NCBI GenBank assembly: GCA_023957385.1
Contig: JAMLGZ010000001.1
Span: 666,923-730,922, forward strand
Direction of reading: 5' to 3'
From: Brumimicrobium sp.
GTDB lineage: Bacteria; Bacteroidota; Bacteroidia; Flavobacteriales_D; Crocinitomicaceae
DNA length: 64,000 nt
The notes below the pieces were generated by a model. It worked only from the letters and a program-made list of their open reading frames with translations, was not told the origin of the DNA and made no database searches. This document shows, piece after piece, positions 40,530 to 51,752 of the stretch. Position 1 is the stretch's first letter; each line of letters begins with the position of its first letter. Both the position numbers and the translations under genes were made by a program.

Positions 40530-40563
40530 AAAAAAAGAGTTGTCATTCGGCAACTCTTTTTTT
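40530..40563. terminator. Bidirectional rho-independent terminator
   Basis: A7-GAGTTGTC, loop ATTC, GGCAACTC-T7, between convergent genes. Confidence 0.88.
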
Positions 40564-40566
40564 GTT

Positions 40567-41046
40567 TCATAATAAATCTCTCAAATTTATCCCCAATTCC
40601 TCTAGATTAATTTCCTTGGTTTTATCAATCTTTCTGCTGATTGGAAAGCCAGCCCCTGAAGCTTTTAATTTCCCAACTATACGTGCATTTAATGGTTTCC
40701 CAAGTGTCATGCTGAGTAATTTGAAGAGAACTCCTTTGCCTAATTCCAATTGGATGGGAACTGCTGCAATAGTAGTCGATTTTTTCTTCATTTTATACTT
40801 TTGAGTAACATGAATCTTACCTACATAATCATCGTTTAAGTAAATATCGAAGACAGATTTCTTGATATTTATCTTGAAACCATTTGGATTGTAAGCTTCT
40901 ATATCTATATTGAAAACTACCTCTTCTTGATTGATGTGATCAATTTTAAGATTAGACATTCCTTTATATTCGGGCTGTTCTATGCAACTTGTTAGAATAA
41001 TGGAAAGAAAGAATAGAATACCTACAGGTTTAATTAAATGCCTCAT
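40567..41046 (-). CDS. LEA type 2 family lipoprotein
   Basis: Lipobox LTSC, with a YNPNGF...FDIYLND..VG signature. Confidence 0.8.
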   Translation of the reverse strand: MRHLIKPVGILFFLSIILTSCIEQPEYKGMSNLKIDHINQEEVVFNIDIEAYNPNGFKINIKKSVFDIYLNDDYVGKIHVTQKYKMKKKSTTIAAVPIQLELGKGVLFKLLSMTLGKPLNARIVGKLKASGAGFPISRKIDKTKEINLEELGINLRDLL

Positions 41047-41048
41047 GT

Positions 41049-42437
41049 TTATTTCTTTAACCTACTAAATTCTTCATAGAAGTAAGGAATCGTTTCAATG
41101 CCTTTATAATAATTAAATAAGCCATAGTGTTCATTTGGTGAATGGATAGCATCGCTATCTAATCCGAATCCCATTAAAACAGTTTTTAATCCCAATACTT
41201 CCTCAAACAAGGCGACAATAGGGATACTACCACCGCTTCTCATAGGGATAGGTTTTTTGCCAAAAGTTCTTTCCATGGCGTTGCTTGCTGCAATATAACC
41301 TACCGAATCAATTGGAGTTACAGCCGGTAATGCACCATGATGGAAATCTACTTTTACCTGCACTGATTTGGGTGCTATTTTTTCAAAATAAACTTTAAAT
41401 AATTCGGAAATTTCTTCAGGTGTTTGGTGCGGAACCAAACGCATGGATATCTTTGCAAAAGCTTTTGAAGGTAACACTGTTTTTGCGCCTTCTCCAATGT
41501 AGCCTCCCCAGATTCCATTGACATCTAATGTTGGACGAATAGAAACTCTTTCTAATGTAGTATATCCTTCTTCACCCTGAATATCTGAAATCCCAATAGA
41601 TTCTTTAAATTCATTCATGTCAAAAGGAGCTTTGTTCATTTGAGTTCTTTCTTCAACAGAAACAATCTCTACTTTATCGTAGAAACCAGGTATTGTAATA
41701 TGATGATTTTTATCTTGTAGTTGGGCAATCATATCACTCAATATATTGATTGGATTAGCTACTCCTCCTCCATATAAACCAGAGTGTAAGTCACGGTTTG
41801 GACCTGTTACTTCTACTTCAACATAAGCTAGGCCCCTCAACCCGGATGTGATGGAAGGCGTATCATTAGCAATAATTCCTGTATCTGAAATCAATACGAT
41901 ATCAGCAGCTAATTTTGCTGTATTTTCTTTTACAAATACACTTAGGTTAGTACTTCCAATTTCTTCTTCCCCTTCAATCATAAACTTTACATTACAAGGA
42001 AGTTCTCCATTTTTCTGCATTGCTTCAAAAGCCTTGATATGCATAAACATTTGTCCTTTATCATCACAAGCTCCTCGCGCAAAAATGGCACCTTCTGGAT
42101 GTATTGCTGTTTTCTTAATAGTAGGCTCAAATGGTTTGCTTTCCCATAATTCTATAGGGTCAGCAGGTTGTACATCATAATGTCCATATACAAGGATAGT
42201 GGGTAAATTGGAATTAATAATTTTGTTTCCATACACTATAGGGTGTCCAGCAGTTTGAAAAATCTCTACATCATCAACACCACCTGCCTTCATGTATTCA
42301 GCTACTTTTTCAGCAGCTTTCTGCACATCACCTTTGTATGCAGGATCGGCTGAAATAGAAGGAATACGAAGTACTTCAAATAATTCGTTTAGAAATCTCT
42401 CTTTGTTATTTGCTATAAATTCTTGTGTCTTTTTCAT
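41049..42437 (-). CDS. M20 family dipeptidase
   Basis: YGHYDVQP, GACDDKGQ, EGEEEIGS, DLHSG and HSPNEH motifs. Confidence 0.95.
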   Translation of the reverse strand: MKKTQEFIANNKERFLNELFEVLRIPSISADPAYKGDVQKAAEKVAEYMKAGGVDDVEIFQTAGHPIVYGNKIINSNLPTILVYGHYDVQPADPIELWESKPFEPTIKKTAIHPEGAIFARGACDDKGQMFMHIKAFEAMQKNGELPCNVKFMIEGEEEIGSTNLSVFVKENTAKLAADIVLISDTGIIANDTPSITSGLRGLAYVEVEVTGPNRDLHSGLYGGGVANPINILSDMIAQLQDKNHHITIPGFYDKVEIVSVEERTQMNKAPFDMNEFKESIGISDIQGEEGYTTLERVSIRPTLDVNGIWGGYIGEGAKTVLPSKAFAKISMRLVPHQTPEEISELFKVYFEKIAPKSVQVKVDFHHGALPAVTPIDSVGYIAASNAMERTFGKKPIPMRSGGSIPIVALFEEVLGLKTVLMGFGLDSDAIHSPNEHYGLFNYYKGIETIPYFYEEFSRLKK

Positions 42438-42568
42438 GGGTTCTCATTTTTCGTAAAATTAAAAATTATTACCCAATCTCTGTGAGAACTATTATTTTTT
42501 CTTTTTCGGACAACGAAAATCATAACCATTCGTTATAATAATTGATATGAAATAACGTTATTTGCACT

Positions 42569-45500
42569 ATGTTTAAACAGATTCGGAAATTACTGATTTT
42601 ATTTCTATTAGTTATGTATGCTTTTACTGCCAGAGCCACGCATGGTATGGGAGGTGATATTACATGGCATTGCTTAGGGAATGGACAGTATATTTTTGAA
42701 TTGAAATTCTATCGAGATTGCAATGGCTTTGATGTGAATATCAACTATGAAACACTTCAAGTATGGGGACATCCTAATTTGACATCTATTCAAGTTAATT
42801 ATATTTCTAGAACGGATATTTCTCCTACTTGTACTCCTGCCTCTGGATATGTTCCTTTTACTTGTGGTTCTGGAACAGGAGGAGGGAGTGGAGTAGGTGC
42901 TGTTGAAGAGATTTTGTATCGCAGTGACCCAATTTCAATTAGTGGAACTCCACCTGTAGCAGGTTGGAAATTCACCTTCCAAAATTTCTCGAGAAGCGCT
43001 AATTTAACTAATATTCAGAGTCCTACGACGTATGGAATCACTCTCTCAGCAACAATGTACCCAGTACCTGGAAATACAGGCGGTTGTATCGATAACTCAC
43101 CCATATTCTTACAATCTCCGTATATTGTAAGTTGTGCCGGAGAACAGTATGAATACAATCCCAATGTTGTAGATCCTGATTTGGATTCTCTCGTTTTTGA
43201 TTGGGGTAAACCGTTGGATTATTTTCCGACAGGTTCTTTTTCACCTCCTACTAATCCAGCACCTGTTCCTTTTGTGGCCGGTTTTTCGTATGATAATCCT
43301 ACTCCAGGACCTGGGTTTAATGCTGGTAACCAAGCTGCTGTCTTAGACTCTGAAACAGGTAAAATGACGTTCAAATCCTTTACCATTGGAAATTTTGCTA
43401 CTAAGATTGTGATTGATTCCTATCGTGCGGGAATTAAAATTGCTTCGGTAGAAAGAGAAACACAGTTGATTATCAATAATTGTAGCGGTAATAATAATGC
43501 ACCTGTAATTACACCTCCATTTGCAAGTGGAACATCCTTTGAAACTGAAGTCTTTGCAGGCGATTTAGTACAGTTCAGTATAAATGTGACTGACAATGAT
43601 AATCTACAAAATGGAAATCCGCAATCTGTAACCGTATCGTCCTCGGGATTAATGTATGGTGCTAACTTCACTAATCCGGGAGCAGGTTGTTCTATTATAC
43701 CCTGTGCCACGTTGGCCGCACCAAGTGTAACGAATGTGCAGACTGCTACTTTGGGATTTGATTGGCAAACTTCATGTGATCATTTAGTTGATGCCACCGG
43801 AAATGCACAAGCAAAGAAGACCTATGTTTTTGTATTTAAAGTGCAAGATGATTATTGCCCTATTCCTATGGTGAAATATGCAACGGTTAAAGTTACCTTG
43901 AAAAATAAAGATGTGTTACCCGCTCCTACGATTAAATGTATTTCTTATCAACCCAATGGTGATGTAAAAATTGAATGGGATCCCGTTTCTGATCCGTATG
44001 GAACATTTAGCGGATATAAAATTAATGGAGTAAATGGTGGGGTTTATGGAATGGTAAATAATATCAATGCTAACTCGTATATTATTGTAGGAGGTGTCGT
44101 AGCTCCCGAACAGTTCTTTGTTTCAACTATGTCAGGATGTGGAGGTTTGACAGCTCGTAATTCTGATACGATTTCAAGTATATTCTTAACTCTTGATAAT
44201 CCGGGTGATGGACGTGCAAAATTAAATTGGACTCAACCTCATATACCACCTCTTCCTTCTTTCGGAAATAATTATGATATTTATAAGGAGTATCCAGCAG
44301 GAATATGGACACTAATCAATACAGTTCCATACGGAACAACTGTCTATTTCGATACAATTACTACGTGTAGTGACTGGATTAATTATAAGGTGGTTTTATC
44401 AACTCAAACATGTGATTTTGTGAGTAATGTTGTGGGTGATGTTTTTAAAGATAAGATTGTTCCTGATATGCCAACTATCTATAGTGCAAGTGTGGATACA
44501 TTGTCTGGAAACATCATAATTACTTGGGATGTAAATAAACAGGAAGATACTTATGGATACGTTATATATATGGAAGATCAATTCGGAAATATTGTTCCAA
44601 TTGATACGGTTTGGGGAAGGAATAATACGACATATATTTATGCCCCTTCCTACAGTGATGCTTATAAATATTCAGTAGCGGCATTTGACTCATGTTATAC
44701 TACAAATATTCCTCCTACGTATCAGACTTCAGCTAAAGCAGAGCCTCACACAACTATTTATCTACAAAATGAAGTAGATGTATGTGCTCGTTTGGTAACA
44801 CTTAACTGGACGAAATATGAAGGTTGGCAGGGAGTAGATCATTATAACATTTATGTCCGTAAGAATGGACAAAGTTGGGTGTTGGAAAGTCAGGCTAACG
44901 GATTAAGTTACTCGATGGATATAGTAGCGGGAGATATTATTGTTGCGGTTGTAGAGGCAGTTTCAACTGACGGAATTAGAGCCTTTTCCAATAGGGATAC
45001 TGCTAATTTTGTTGGTACTGCAGGACCTTCTATGTCGTATTTAAGCGTAGCTACAGTGGATGGTGAAAATGTTCGTATTCGATATAGAATTTCAACGGGA
45101 GAAAGCGCTCAAAGTGTTCAACTTCAAAGGTGGAATCCGCAGATTCAAGAATTTGAAAAGATTGATGAAAAAGCAGTAGGTAATGATGAGGAAATTTCCT
45201 TCATTGATTCAGATGTAGAGGTAAATAGGAGATCATATACCTATCGTGCAAAAATTATTGATACGTGCGGAAGATTTGTGAGTTATTCCAATATTGGAAG
45301 GACCATGTATCTCACTGTATCCACAGATCAAGCTAATGAGACTCATACTTTACAGTGGAATCCGTATGAAGATTTTATAGGTGGATTGTTGATGTATCAA
45401 GTTTACCGTGCTATCGATGGTGAAAATTTTGGAACTACCGCTATTGCAACTCTTCCATATAATGTACGAACTTTTGTTGATACCATTGGGGTTATTTCTA

Positions 45501-45901
45501 GTTATGATGATGGTAGGATTTGTTATTATGTAGCAGCTAGAGAAGCAAGCAGCCAAGTTATAAAGGAAGCAAGTTATAGTAATATTGCTTGTGGCGTTCT
45601 GGATCCAATTATTTTTATCCCAAATGCCTTTACAGTTGGTGGTAGAAATCCAATCTTTCAACCAATTACAGGAAATCATCAACTTCAAGATTATTTATTT
45701 GAGATTTATGATCGATATGGTCGTGTGATTTTTAGTACAAATAATCCAGATGAAGGATGGAATGGCCAATTGAAAGGGCAAACACGTATTGCTCAGGAAG
45801 GTGTATATGTTTTTAGAGTAGCACTTAAAGATGGAAATGGTATGGAACATGTAACGTATGGACATGTTACGCTCTTAGATTATACCAAAGTAGATTATTA
45901 G
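42569..45901 (+). CDS. T9SS type-B (gliding-motility-associated CTD, CHU_C-like) cargo with FN3/Ig-like domains
   Basis: Signal ending ARA/THGMGGDIT. C-terminal IFIPNAFT...EIYDRYGRVIF...W-N-G...EGVYVF. Confidence 0.9.
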   Translation: MFKQIRKLLILFLLVMYAFTARATHGMGGDITWHCLGNGQYIFELKFYRDCNGFDVNINYETLQVWGHPNLTSIQVNYISRTDISPTCTPASGYVPFTCGSGTGGGSGVGAVEEILYRSDPISISGTPPVAGWKFTFQNFSRSANLTNIQSPTTYGITLSATMYPVPGNTGGCIDNSPIFLQSPYIVSCAGEQYEYNPNVVDPDLDSLVFDWGKPLDYFPTGSFSPPTNPAPVPFVAGFSYDNPTPGPGFNAGNQAAVLDSETGKMTFKSFTIGNFATKIVIDSYRAGIKIASVERETQLIINNCSGNNNAPVITPPFASGTSFETEVFAGDLVQFSINVTDNDNLQNGNPQSVTVSSSGLMYGANFTNPGAGCSIIPCATLAAPSVTNVQTATLGFDWQTSCDHLVDATGNAQAKKTYVFVFKVQDDYCPIPMVKYATVKVTLKNKDVLPAPTIKCISYQPNGDVKIEWDPVSDPYGTFSGYKINGVNGGVYGMVNNINANSYIIVGGVVAPEQFFVSTMSGCGGLTARNSDTISSIFLTLDNPGDGRAKLNWTQPHIPPLPSFGNNYDIYKEYPAGIWTLINTVPYGTTVYFDTITTCSDWINYKVVLSTQTCDFVSNVVGDVFKDKIVPDMPTIYSASVDTLSGNIIITWDVNKQEDTYGYVIYMEDQFGNIVPIDTVWGRNNTTYIYAPSYSDAYKYSVAAFDSCYTTNIPPTYQTSAKAEPHTTIYLQNEVDVCARLVTLNWTKYEGWQGVDHYNIYVRKNGQSWVLESQANGLSYSMDIVAGDIIVAVVEAVSTDGIRAFSNRDTANFVGTAGPSMSYLSVATVDGENVRIRYRISTGESAQSVQLQRWNPQIQEFEKIDEKAVGNDEEISFIDSDVEVNRRSYTYRAKIIDTCGRFVSYSNIGRTMYLTVSTDQANETHTLQWNPYEDFIGGLLMYQVYRAIDGENFGTTAIATLPYNVRTFVDTIGVISSYDDGRICYYVAAREASSQVIKEASYSNIACGVLDPIIFIPNAFTVGGRNPIFQPITGNHQLQDYLFEIYDRYGRVIFSTNNPDEGWNGQLKGQTRIAQEGVYVFRVALKDGNGMEHVTYGHVTLLDYTKVDY

Positions 45902-45968
45902 AAATATCTTTATTAATTCTTCAGTATCACATCATATTTTATAAAATACACTATTTTTGTGTACGTTT

Positions 45969-46751
45969 ATGAAAAAGGAGGATGATAATGATATGGCCTT
46001 TTTGGAGCATCTTGAGGAATTGAGATGGAGGATTGTACGTGCGCTTATTGCGGTCCTAATCTTTGCTGTTGCCATATGGTTCTTAAAAGAATGGATTATC
46101 CAGCATGTATTTATAGCAATGTCCAAACCTGATTTTATCTCCTTTCAGTTGATGTGTAATTATTTTGGTATTTGTATTGAGGAAATACCTATAAGATTCC
46201 AGTCAAATCAAGTAGCAGCTCAATTTACTTATGCCCTGTATATGTGTGTAGTAGGTGGTTTTATAGTTGCGTTTCCCTATGTGTTTTATCAATTCTGGTC
46301 TTTCATTAAACCAGGGTTAAAGGCAAAAGAAATTCAGGCGGCAAGAGGAATTACAGTTTCGGTCTCCGTCTTATTTTTGCTAGGAGTTGGATTTGGATAT
46401 TTTGTTGTAGCTCCTTTATGTGTTAACTTCTTTGGGGACTTCCAACTGGCTGCCGAATTTGAAAATATATGGAAGATTGATTCCTTTATGTCTATGATTA
46501 TTTCTAGCGTTATATTTACAGGACTCCTTTTTTTATTGCCTGTTGTAGCTTATATTTTTACCAAATTAGGATTAATTACTTCTGTATTCTTAAAAAAATA
46601 TAGAAAACACGCCATCGTAGGAGTTCTAATTGTTGCGGCATTTATTACCCCACCTGATTTTATAAGTCAAATTATTGTTGTTATTCCAATTCTTATTTTA
46701 TATGAAATTAGTATATTGATTAGCAGGCGAGTAGAACCAAAATATAAGTAA
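45969..46751 (+). CDS. tatC: Sec-independent protein translocase TatC
   Basis: MAFLEHLEELRWR, YQFWSFIKPGL and ITPPD motifs. The track's GTG at 45957 lies inside a TATTTTTG -7 element (45952-45959), so ATG 45969 is preferred. Confidence 0.95.
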   Translation: MKKEDDNDMAFLEHLEELRWRIVRALIAVLIFAVAIWFLKEWIIQHVFIAMSKPDFISFQLMCNYFGICIEEIPIRFQSNQVAAQFTYALYMCVVGGFIVAFPYVFYQFWSFIKPGLKAKEIQAARGITVSVSVLFLLGVGFGYFVVAPLCVNFFGDFQLAAEFENIWKIDSFMSMIISSVIFTGLLFLLPVVAYIFTKLGLITSVFLKKYRKHAIVGVLIVAAFITPPDFISQIIVVIPILILYEISILISRRVEPKYK

Positions 46752-46826
46752 TACTTATCATAAAATGAAGTATTTTATAACAGCTACTTTCATTCCTAAA
46801 TATTAATTTGATTATCTTTAGCATTT

Positions 46827-49277
46827 ATGCGCTGGACACTCTTCATACTTTTACTTGTTAGTAGTTATTCGTTAGCACAACGGACTACGGTGACAGGCAA
46901 GATTATAGAAGAGGAAACTGGTAGTCCTATTCCGTTTGCTCAAGTTTTCTTCAAGAACTCTAAGATTGGTACAGAGAGTGATTTCGACGGGAACTATAAA
47001 TTGGAATCTTATTATGCAACAGATACCATTTCCGTAAGAGCTTCTGGATTTGAGCCTCAATCAATGGCTATTAAGAAGGACCAAGTACAAGTGGTTGATT
47101 TCAAGTTATCTCCCGTTCTACAAACTACAGAAGAAGTTGTGATTAAAGCCCCTGATGAAAAACCATCTACAATTCTTTTTAGGCGAGTGGTAAAAAATAA
47201 ATCTATTAACAACAAAGAAAAACTAGATGCTTATCAATATGAAACATATAATAAGATACAATTTGACCTCAATAATATAGGAGATAATTTTGATAGGAAT
47301 AAGATTGTTCAAGGCTTAAAAGTTATTATGGATTATATGGATACCTTAGAAGGTAAAAAGTTACTTCCTTTAATCTTGTCAGAATCTATTACTGATTTTT
47401 ATTATCGTACAAGTCCAGTTAAAAAGAAAGAAGTTTTAAAGGCAAGTAGAATTACAGGAGTTGATAATCTTGAATTAGATCAGTATCTAGGCGATATGTA
47501 TCAGGATATTAATGTGTATGATAACTATATCAATATCTTTGATAGATCCTTTATAAGTCCAATAGCTAGTTTTGCATTGAATTATTATAAATTCTTCTTG
47601 CAAGACAGTATGTTTGTTGATAATCAATGGTGTTACTTAATGACCTTTAAACCTAAGCGTAAAGGAGATTTAGTATTTGAAGGAGAGATGTGGATTAATG
47701 ATACGACCTATGCGGTGAAGCGATGGACTGCAGGAGTCTCTGAAACAGCAAATATTAACTATATCAATGGTTTTTATTTGGATCAGAAATTTGATCAAGT
47801 AGAGAATGAAGTTTGGATGTTAACATCAGATAAGTTGATTGTTGATTTAAAAATTCAACGAAATTCTAAGACTCTTGGCTTTGTTGGAAGGAAATTAACT
47901 ACTCGGAAAGATTTTGTTATCAATAAACCGAAAGATTTGAATTTCTATCTTTCAAAAACTCCCGTGACCAAATTAGATAGCTCAGGAATCAGGGATGAAT
48001 CTTATTGGGAAAAAAATAGGCATTCTCCTTTAAATAATACCGAGAATAATATTCAACTTATGATAGATTCTTTGAATCATGTTCCGCTCTTTAATTTCTT
48101 TAAAAATTTAACTTTTATGGCAGGTTCAGGATATTATCCTGCTGGATATGTCGAGATAGGAACTGTTGGTGGGTTAATTGGATTTAATCGAATTGAAGGA
48201 TGGCGTAATCAATTGCAAATTCGAACTTCTAATAAATTTAGTAAAAGGCTGGAGTTATCTGCTAAAATAGCTTATGGTTATAGAGATACACGTGTCAAAT
48301 ATGGAGCGGGATTGCGATTTAATTTAACTCCAAAGAAGCGTGGAATGCTTAGTCTTTTCTATGATAATGACATGTATCAACTTGGATTAGGAGGAAGAGG
48401 AGGAGACGTTGAACGTGGTTTTGGTTCCTTGATTAAAACAAAACCAATCAAAGAGTTGACAAAAATTGAAAAATTTGGAGCTTCTTTCGAAAAAGATATA
48501 TGGAAAAGTTTTATTATAAAGGTTGGAGGAGAATGGATGAGTTATACCCCTTTTGGTGAGATGTCATATAGAGTCCCTTCAAATTCAGTTGGATATACTT
48601 TTACGCAAAATATCCGCTCCTTTGAAACCTCTGTTAAATTTAGATACGCACAAGACGAGCGTTTTATTTCAGGTACGTTTGATAGAATATCTATGGGATC
48701 TAAGTACCCTATTTTGAGTTTAGAAGGAACTTTTGGAATTCCAGGAATTCTAGGATCCGACTATAATTATCAACGAGTGGAATTCAAATTAGAACATAAC
48801 CCGAAGATTGGTGTTTTGGGGAAACTTATTTACCGTGTCTATGGAGGAATGTATTTTGGTCAAGCTGCTTTTCCTTTTCTAAAAATACATGAAGGTTCTC
48901 AAACATATTGGTTTCAAAATTTCTTACATAATCGTATGGATTATTATGAGTTTATATCTGATACTTATGTGGGAGCACAAGCTGAACACCATTTTAACGG
49001 ACTCATTTTTGACCGAATTCCGGGTATTCGAAAATTGAGATGGAGATTGGTTGTGTCTGGTAAGGCTGTATGGGGAACAATCTCGGATAGACAAAAAGAA
49101 ATTATGCTGTTACCGTCAAATACTAAATCTTTTGGAAATATTCCGTATGCTGAAAGTGCCATCGGAATTGAAAATATATTCAATGTACTGAGAGTGGACG
49201 TTGTTTGGAGGATGACACATTTGGAAGTGGGTATGCCTCCTGTCTCAATAAGAGCAAAATTGAGTATTAGATTCTAA
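46827..49277 (+). CDS. DUF5686 family outer-membrane protein with N-terminal carboxypeptidase-regulatory-like domain
   Basis: VTGKIIEEETGSPIPFAQV...GTESDFDG, followed by YEKIQ-like YNKIQFD and a beta-barrel ending in F. Confidence 0.85.
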   Translation: MRWTLFILLLVSSYSLAQRTTVTGKIIEEETGSPIPFAQVFFKNSKIGTESDFDGNYKLESYYATDTISVRASGFEPQSMAIKKDQVQVVDFKLSPVLQTTEEVVIKAPDEKPSTILFRRVVKNKSINNKEKLDAYQYETYNKIQFDLNNIGDNFDRNKIVQGLKVIMDYMDTLEGKKLLPLILSESITDFYYRTSPVKKKEVLKASRITGVDNLELDQYLGDMYQDINVYDNYINIFDRSFISPIASFALNYYKFFLQDSMFVDNQWCYLMTFKPKRKGDLVFEGEMWINDTTYAVKRWTAGVSETANINYINGFYLDQKFDQVENEVWMLTSDKLIVDLKIQRNSKTLGFVGRKLTTRKDFVINKPKDLNFYLSKTPVTKLDSSGIRDESYWEKNRHSPLNNTENNIQLMIDSLNHVPLFNFFKNLTFMAGSGYYPAGYVEIGTVGGLIGFNRIEGWRNQLQIRTSNKFSKRLELSAKIAYGYRDTRVKYGAGLRFNLTPKKRGMLSLFYDNDMYQLGLGGRGGDVERGFGSLIKTKPIKELTKIEKFGASFEKDIWKSFIIKVGGEWMSYTPFGEMSYRVPSNSVGYTFTQNIRSFETSVKFRYAQDERFISGTFDRISMGSKYPILSLEGTFGIPGILGSDYNYQRVEFKLEHNPKIGVLGKLIYRVYGGMYFGQAAFPFLKIHEGSQTYWFQNFLHNRMDYYEFISDTYVGAQAEHHFNGLIFDRIPGIRKLRWRLVVSGKAVWGTISDRQKEIMLLPSNTKSFGNIPYAESAIGIENIFNVLRVDVVWRMTHLEVGMPPVSIRAKLSIRF

Positions 49278-49322
49278 TCAAGAGTGAATTGTTTTTATTA
49301 TTTTAGCGGGGTAATTGTTTGA

Positions 49323-50054
49323 ATGAAATTATATACTAAGAATATATCAAAGACCTATAAGAATCGACAGGTTGTAAAGGGAGTTTCCATTGATGTTAAT
49401 CAAGGTGAAATTGTTGGTTTGCTTGGACCAAATGGAGCAGGGAAAACTACTTCATTTTATATGATTGTGGGACTTATAGAACCGAATGAAGGTACAGTCT
49501 ATTTGGATGACCTAGAAATTACTCACCTTCCTATGTATAAAAGGTCTCAATTAGGAATAGGGTATTTACCACAAGAGGTTTCTGTCTTTCGGAAGTTGAG
49601 TGTGGAAGATAATATCATGGCTATTTTAGAGATGACAAATCTTTCTAAACCTGAGAGAGAAGCAAAATTAGAAAAGTTAATTTCAGAATTTGGTTTGAAT
49701 CATGTCCGAAAAACAAAAGGAGGCGCGCTTTCAGGCGGTGAAAAGAGACGTACGGAAATAGCTAGAGCATTAGCTACAGACCCTAATTTTGTTCTTTTGG
49801 ATGAGCCTTTTGCCGGTGTTGATCCTATTGCTGTAGAAGATATTCAGTCTATTGTAGCTGATTTAAAGAAACGAAACATTGGTATTCTTATAACTGATCA
49901 CAATGTAAACGAGACACTTTCTATTACTGACAGAGCTTATCTACTTTTTGAAGGAAGTATTTTAAAGGCAGGTACTGCTGAGGAGCTAGCAGAGGATGAA
50001 CAAGTCAGAAAAGTGTATCTGGGTAAAAATTTTGAATTGAAACGAAAAATTTAA
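49323..50054 (+). CDS. lptB: LPS export ABC transporter ATP-binding protein
   Basis: [40 protein letters not shown] and VYLG motifs. Confidence 0.97.
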   Translation: MKLYTKNISKTYKNRQVVKGVSIDVNQGEIVGLLGPNGAGKTTSFYMIVGLIEPNEGTVYLDDLEITHLPMYKRSQLGIGYLPQEVSVFRKLSVEDNIMAILEMTNLSKPEREAKLEKLISEFGLNHVRKTKGGALSGGEKRRTEIARALATDPNFVLLDEPFAGVDPIAVEDIQSIVADLKKRNIGILITDHNVNETLSITDRAYLLFEGSILKAGTAEELAEDEQVRKVYLGKNFELKRKI

Positions 50055-50079
50055 TATATTTGCTTCAAATATCTGTAAC

Positions 50080-50517
50080 ATGTTTAAATATAATCTCTTA
50101 ATCCTAATAATAGTCGTATCATTTTTAAGCTCTTGTAAAAAGTGTGATCCATCCAATAGTACTTCTGGAATTATTATAGAAAAATCGAGAGTTAAGGTAT
50201 TATCAGGACATGCCGGGCAACAATTTATTACAGATACTGAGCAATACCCTAGTATTGAAATGAGCTTAGATGATGGAAAAACATATACTAGCGTTGATTT
50301 TTCAAAGTATTCGGTGATGGGATTAACTACAACTGCGGGTTGTAGCACAGGTTATGCTCGAAATGTTCAGGTTAACGATGCAGCAAAAACGGTAACTTAT
50401 ACAATTACCTTGTCCGAATGCCCTACATGTAAAAATTCGGTTACTATAGATAATTGGGTATTGATAAAGAAGGTACCAAGTAATTATTCGCCTATCTTCG
50501 ATATTAAGAAGAAATAA
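50080..50517 (+). CDS. Hypothetical lipoprotein
   Basis: Lipobox LSSC followed by KKCD, with several Cys. A TATATTTG -7 element lies at 50055-50062. Confidence 0.75.
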   Translation: MFKYNLLILIIVVSFLSSCKKCDPSNSTSGIIIEKSRVKVLSGHAGQQFITDTEQYPSIEMSLDDGKTYTSVDFSKYSVMGLTTTAGCSTGYARNVQVNDAAKTVTYTITLSECPTCKNSVTIDNWVLIKKVPSNYSPIFDIKKK

Positions 50518-50519
50518 GT

Positions 50520-51752
50520 CTAAAAAATTCTACAGCTTATTATAGCAGTATCATCTACTAAATCTTGCTGATTTCTAAATTCATCTAATTTAGAAAAAAT
50601 GATATTATTTAAGTCCTCCATTTTTAACGGATAAAAACGGTGTATCAATTTTATTAGTCTATTAGTTTGGAAGAACTCTCCATATTTATTTTGTAATTCC
50701 ACTACGCCATCTGTGTATAGAACTAGAGTGGAATTTGGATTAATATAGATTTCATCAGGTTCAATAAAAGGGATTTTATCAAGCATCCCCAAGCCGATGG
50801 AGCCTTTATCTAAAAATTGTGCCTTTTTTCCATTGGTTAGAATTGGATAATTGTGACCTGCATTGATATATTTGAATTGTCGTGTTTTAGCATTGTAATG
50901 CCCTATAAAGAAAGTAATAAATTTTTCACCCTTAGCAGATTCAGATACACGTCTATTTAATTCATGAATAAGTTCTTCCAAGTCATATTGTTGGAAACTA
51001 AGAAGCGTACGGATAGTGGCTTGAAAATTAGCCATCAGCATAGCAGCACTTATTCCTTTTCCAGACACATCTGCAATATAGATAATAAATTCATCATCAT
51101 TGATAGGGATAAAATCATAGTAGTCTCCACCAACTTCATGGCGTGCTATAAAATTGGCCGCTAAGTCTAATCTTTTATCAGAAGGGAGTTCATTAGGAAA
51201 AAGCATCTTTTGCATTTCAGAAGCAATCTCTAATTCCTTTTTGATTCTCTCTTGAGCTAAACTCTGCTTGTTCATCCTTTTGTTTTCAATAGCTACTAAA
51301 ATGATATTAGTAAGTGTTTGAATGAATAACAAATCGTCATCTGAATTTCTTTGACTTAAATCGATGGAGAGTTTTAAAATTAGAAATGCAATTGCTCTTT
51401 CTTGGAAGAAAACAGGAATTACTATATCAAACTGATTTAAATCTTCATTGGCAGATGAATCAATTAAGGTAATTTTCTTAAAACGCAATAAGTCTCGCTC
51501 AACCTGAATGCCTTTTATAGATCCTTTAATTCCAGCTTTGACTGTAGCATTCCATCCTGTCTCTGTAGTATTGAATAATACAAAATGACGCACTCCAAGC
51601 CTTTCTTTAAGAATGAATTCATAAAGAGAAATTAGATTGTCAATGGACTTATTATCATGAATGCCTTTTGTGATTTCGAGAATAGAGTTTAACTCGAAAT
51701 CTTTTAATTTCAATTTCTTCTTAAGGTCACGTATGATAAATTCGTGTTCCAT
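50520..51752 (-). CDS. PP2C/SpoIIE (RsbU-like) phosphatase with N-terminal GAF-like region
   Basis: VGGDYYDF, ADVSGKG, NAGH, YTDG and DDTA motifs. Confidence 0.92.
   Translation of the reverse strand: MEHEFIIRDLKKKLKLKDFELNSILEITKGIHDNKSIDNLISLYEFILKERLGVRHFVLFNTTETGWNATVKAGIKGSIKGIQVERDLLRFKKITLIDSSANEDLNQFDIVIPVFFQERAIAFLILKLSIDLSQRNSDDDLLFIQTLTNIILVAIENKRMNKQSLAQERIKKELEIASEMQKMLFPNELPSDKRLDLAANFIARHEVGGDYYDFIPINDDEFIIYIADVSGKGISAAMLMANFQATIRTLLSFQQYDLEELIHELNRRVSESAKGEKFITFFIGHYNAKTRQFKYINAGHNYPILTNGKKAQFLDKGSIGLGMLDKIPFIEPDEIYINPNSTLVLYTDGVVELQNKYGEFFQTNRLIKLIHRFYPLKMEDLNNIIFSKLDEFRNQQDLVDDTAIISCRIF

Noticed and set aside
42501-42515. TTTTTCGGACAAC resembling an IS4 terminal repeat
   Set aside because: There is no partner end, transposase or target duplication, and the match is short.
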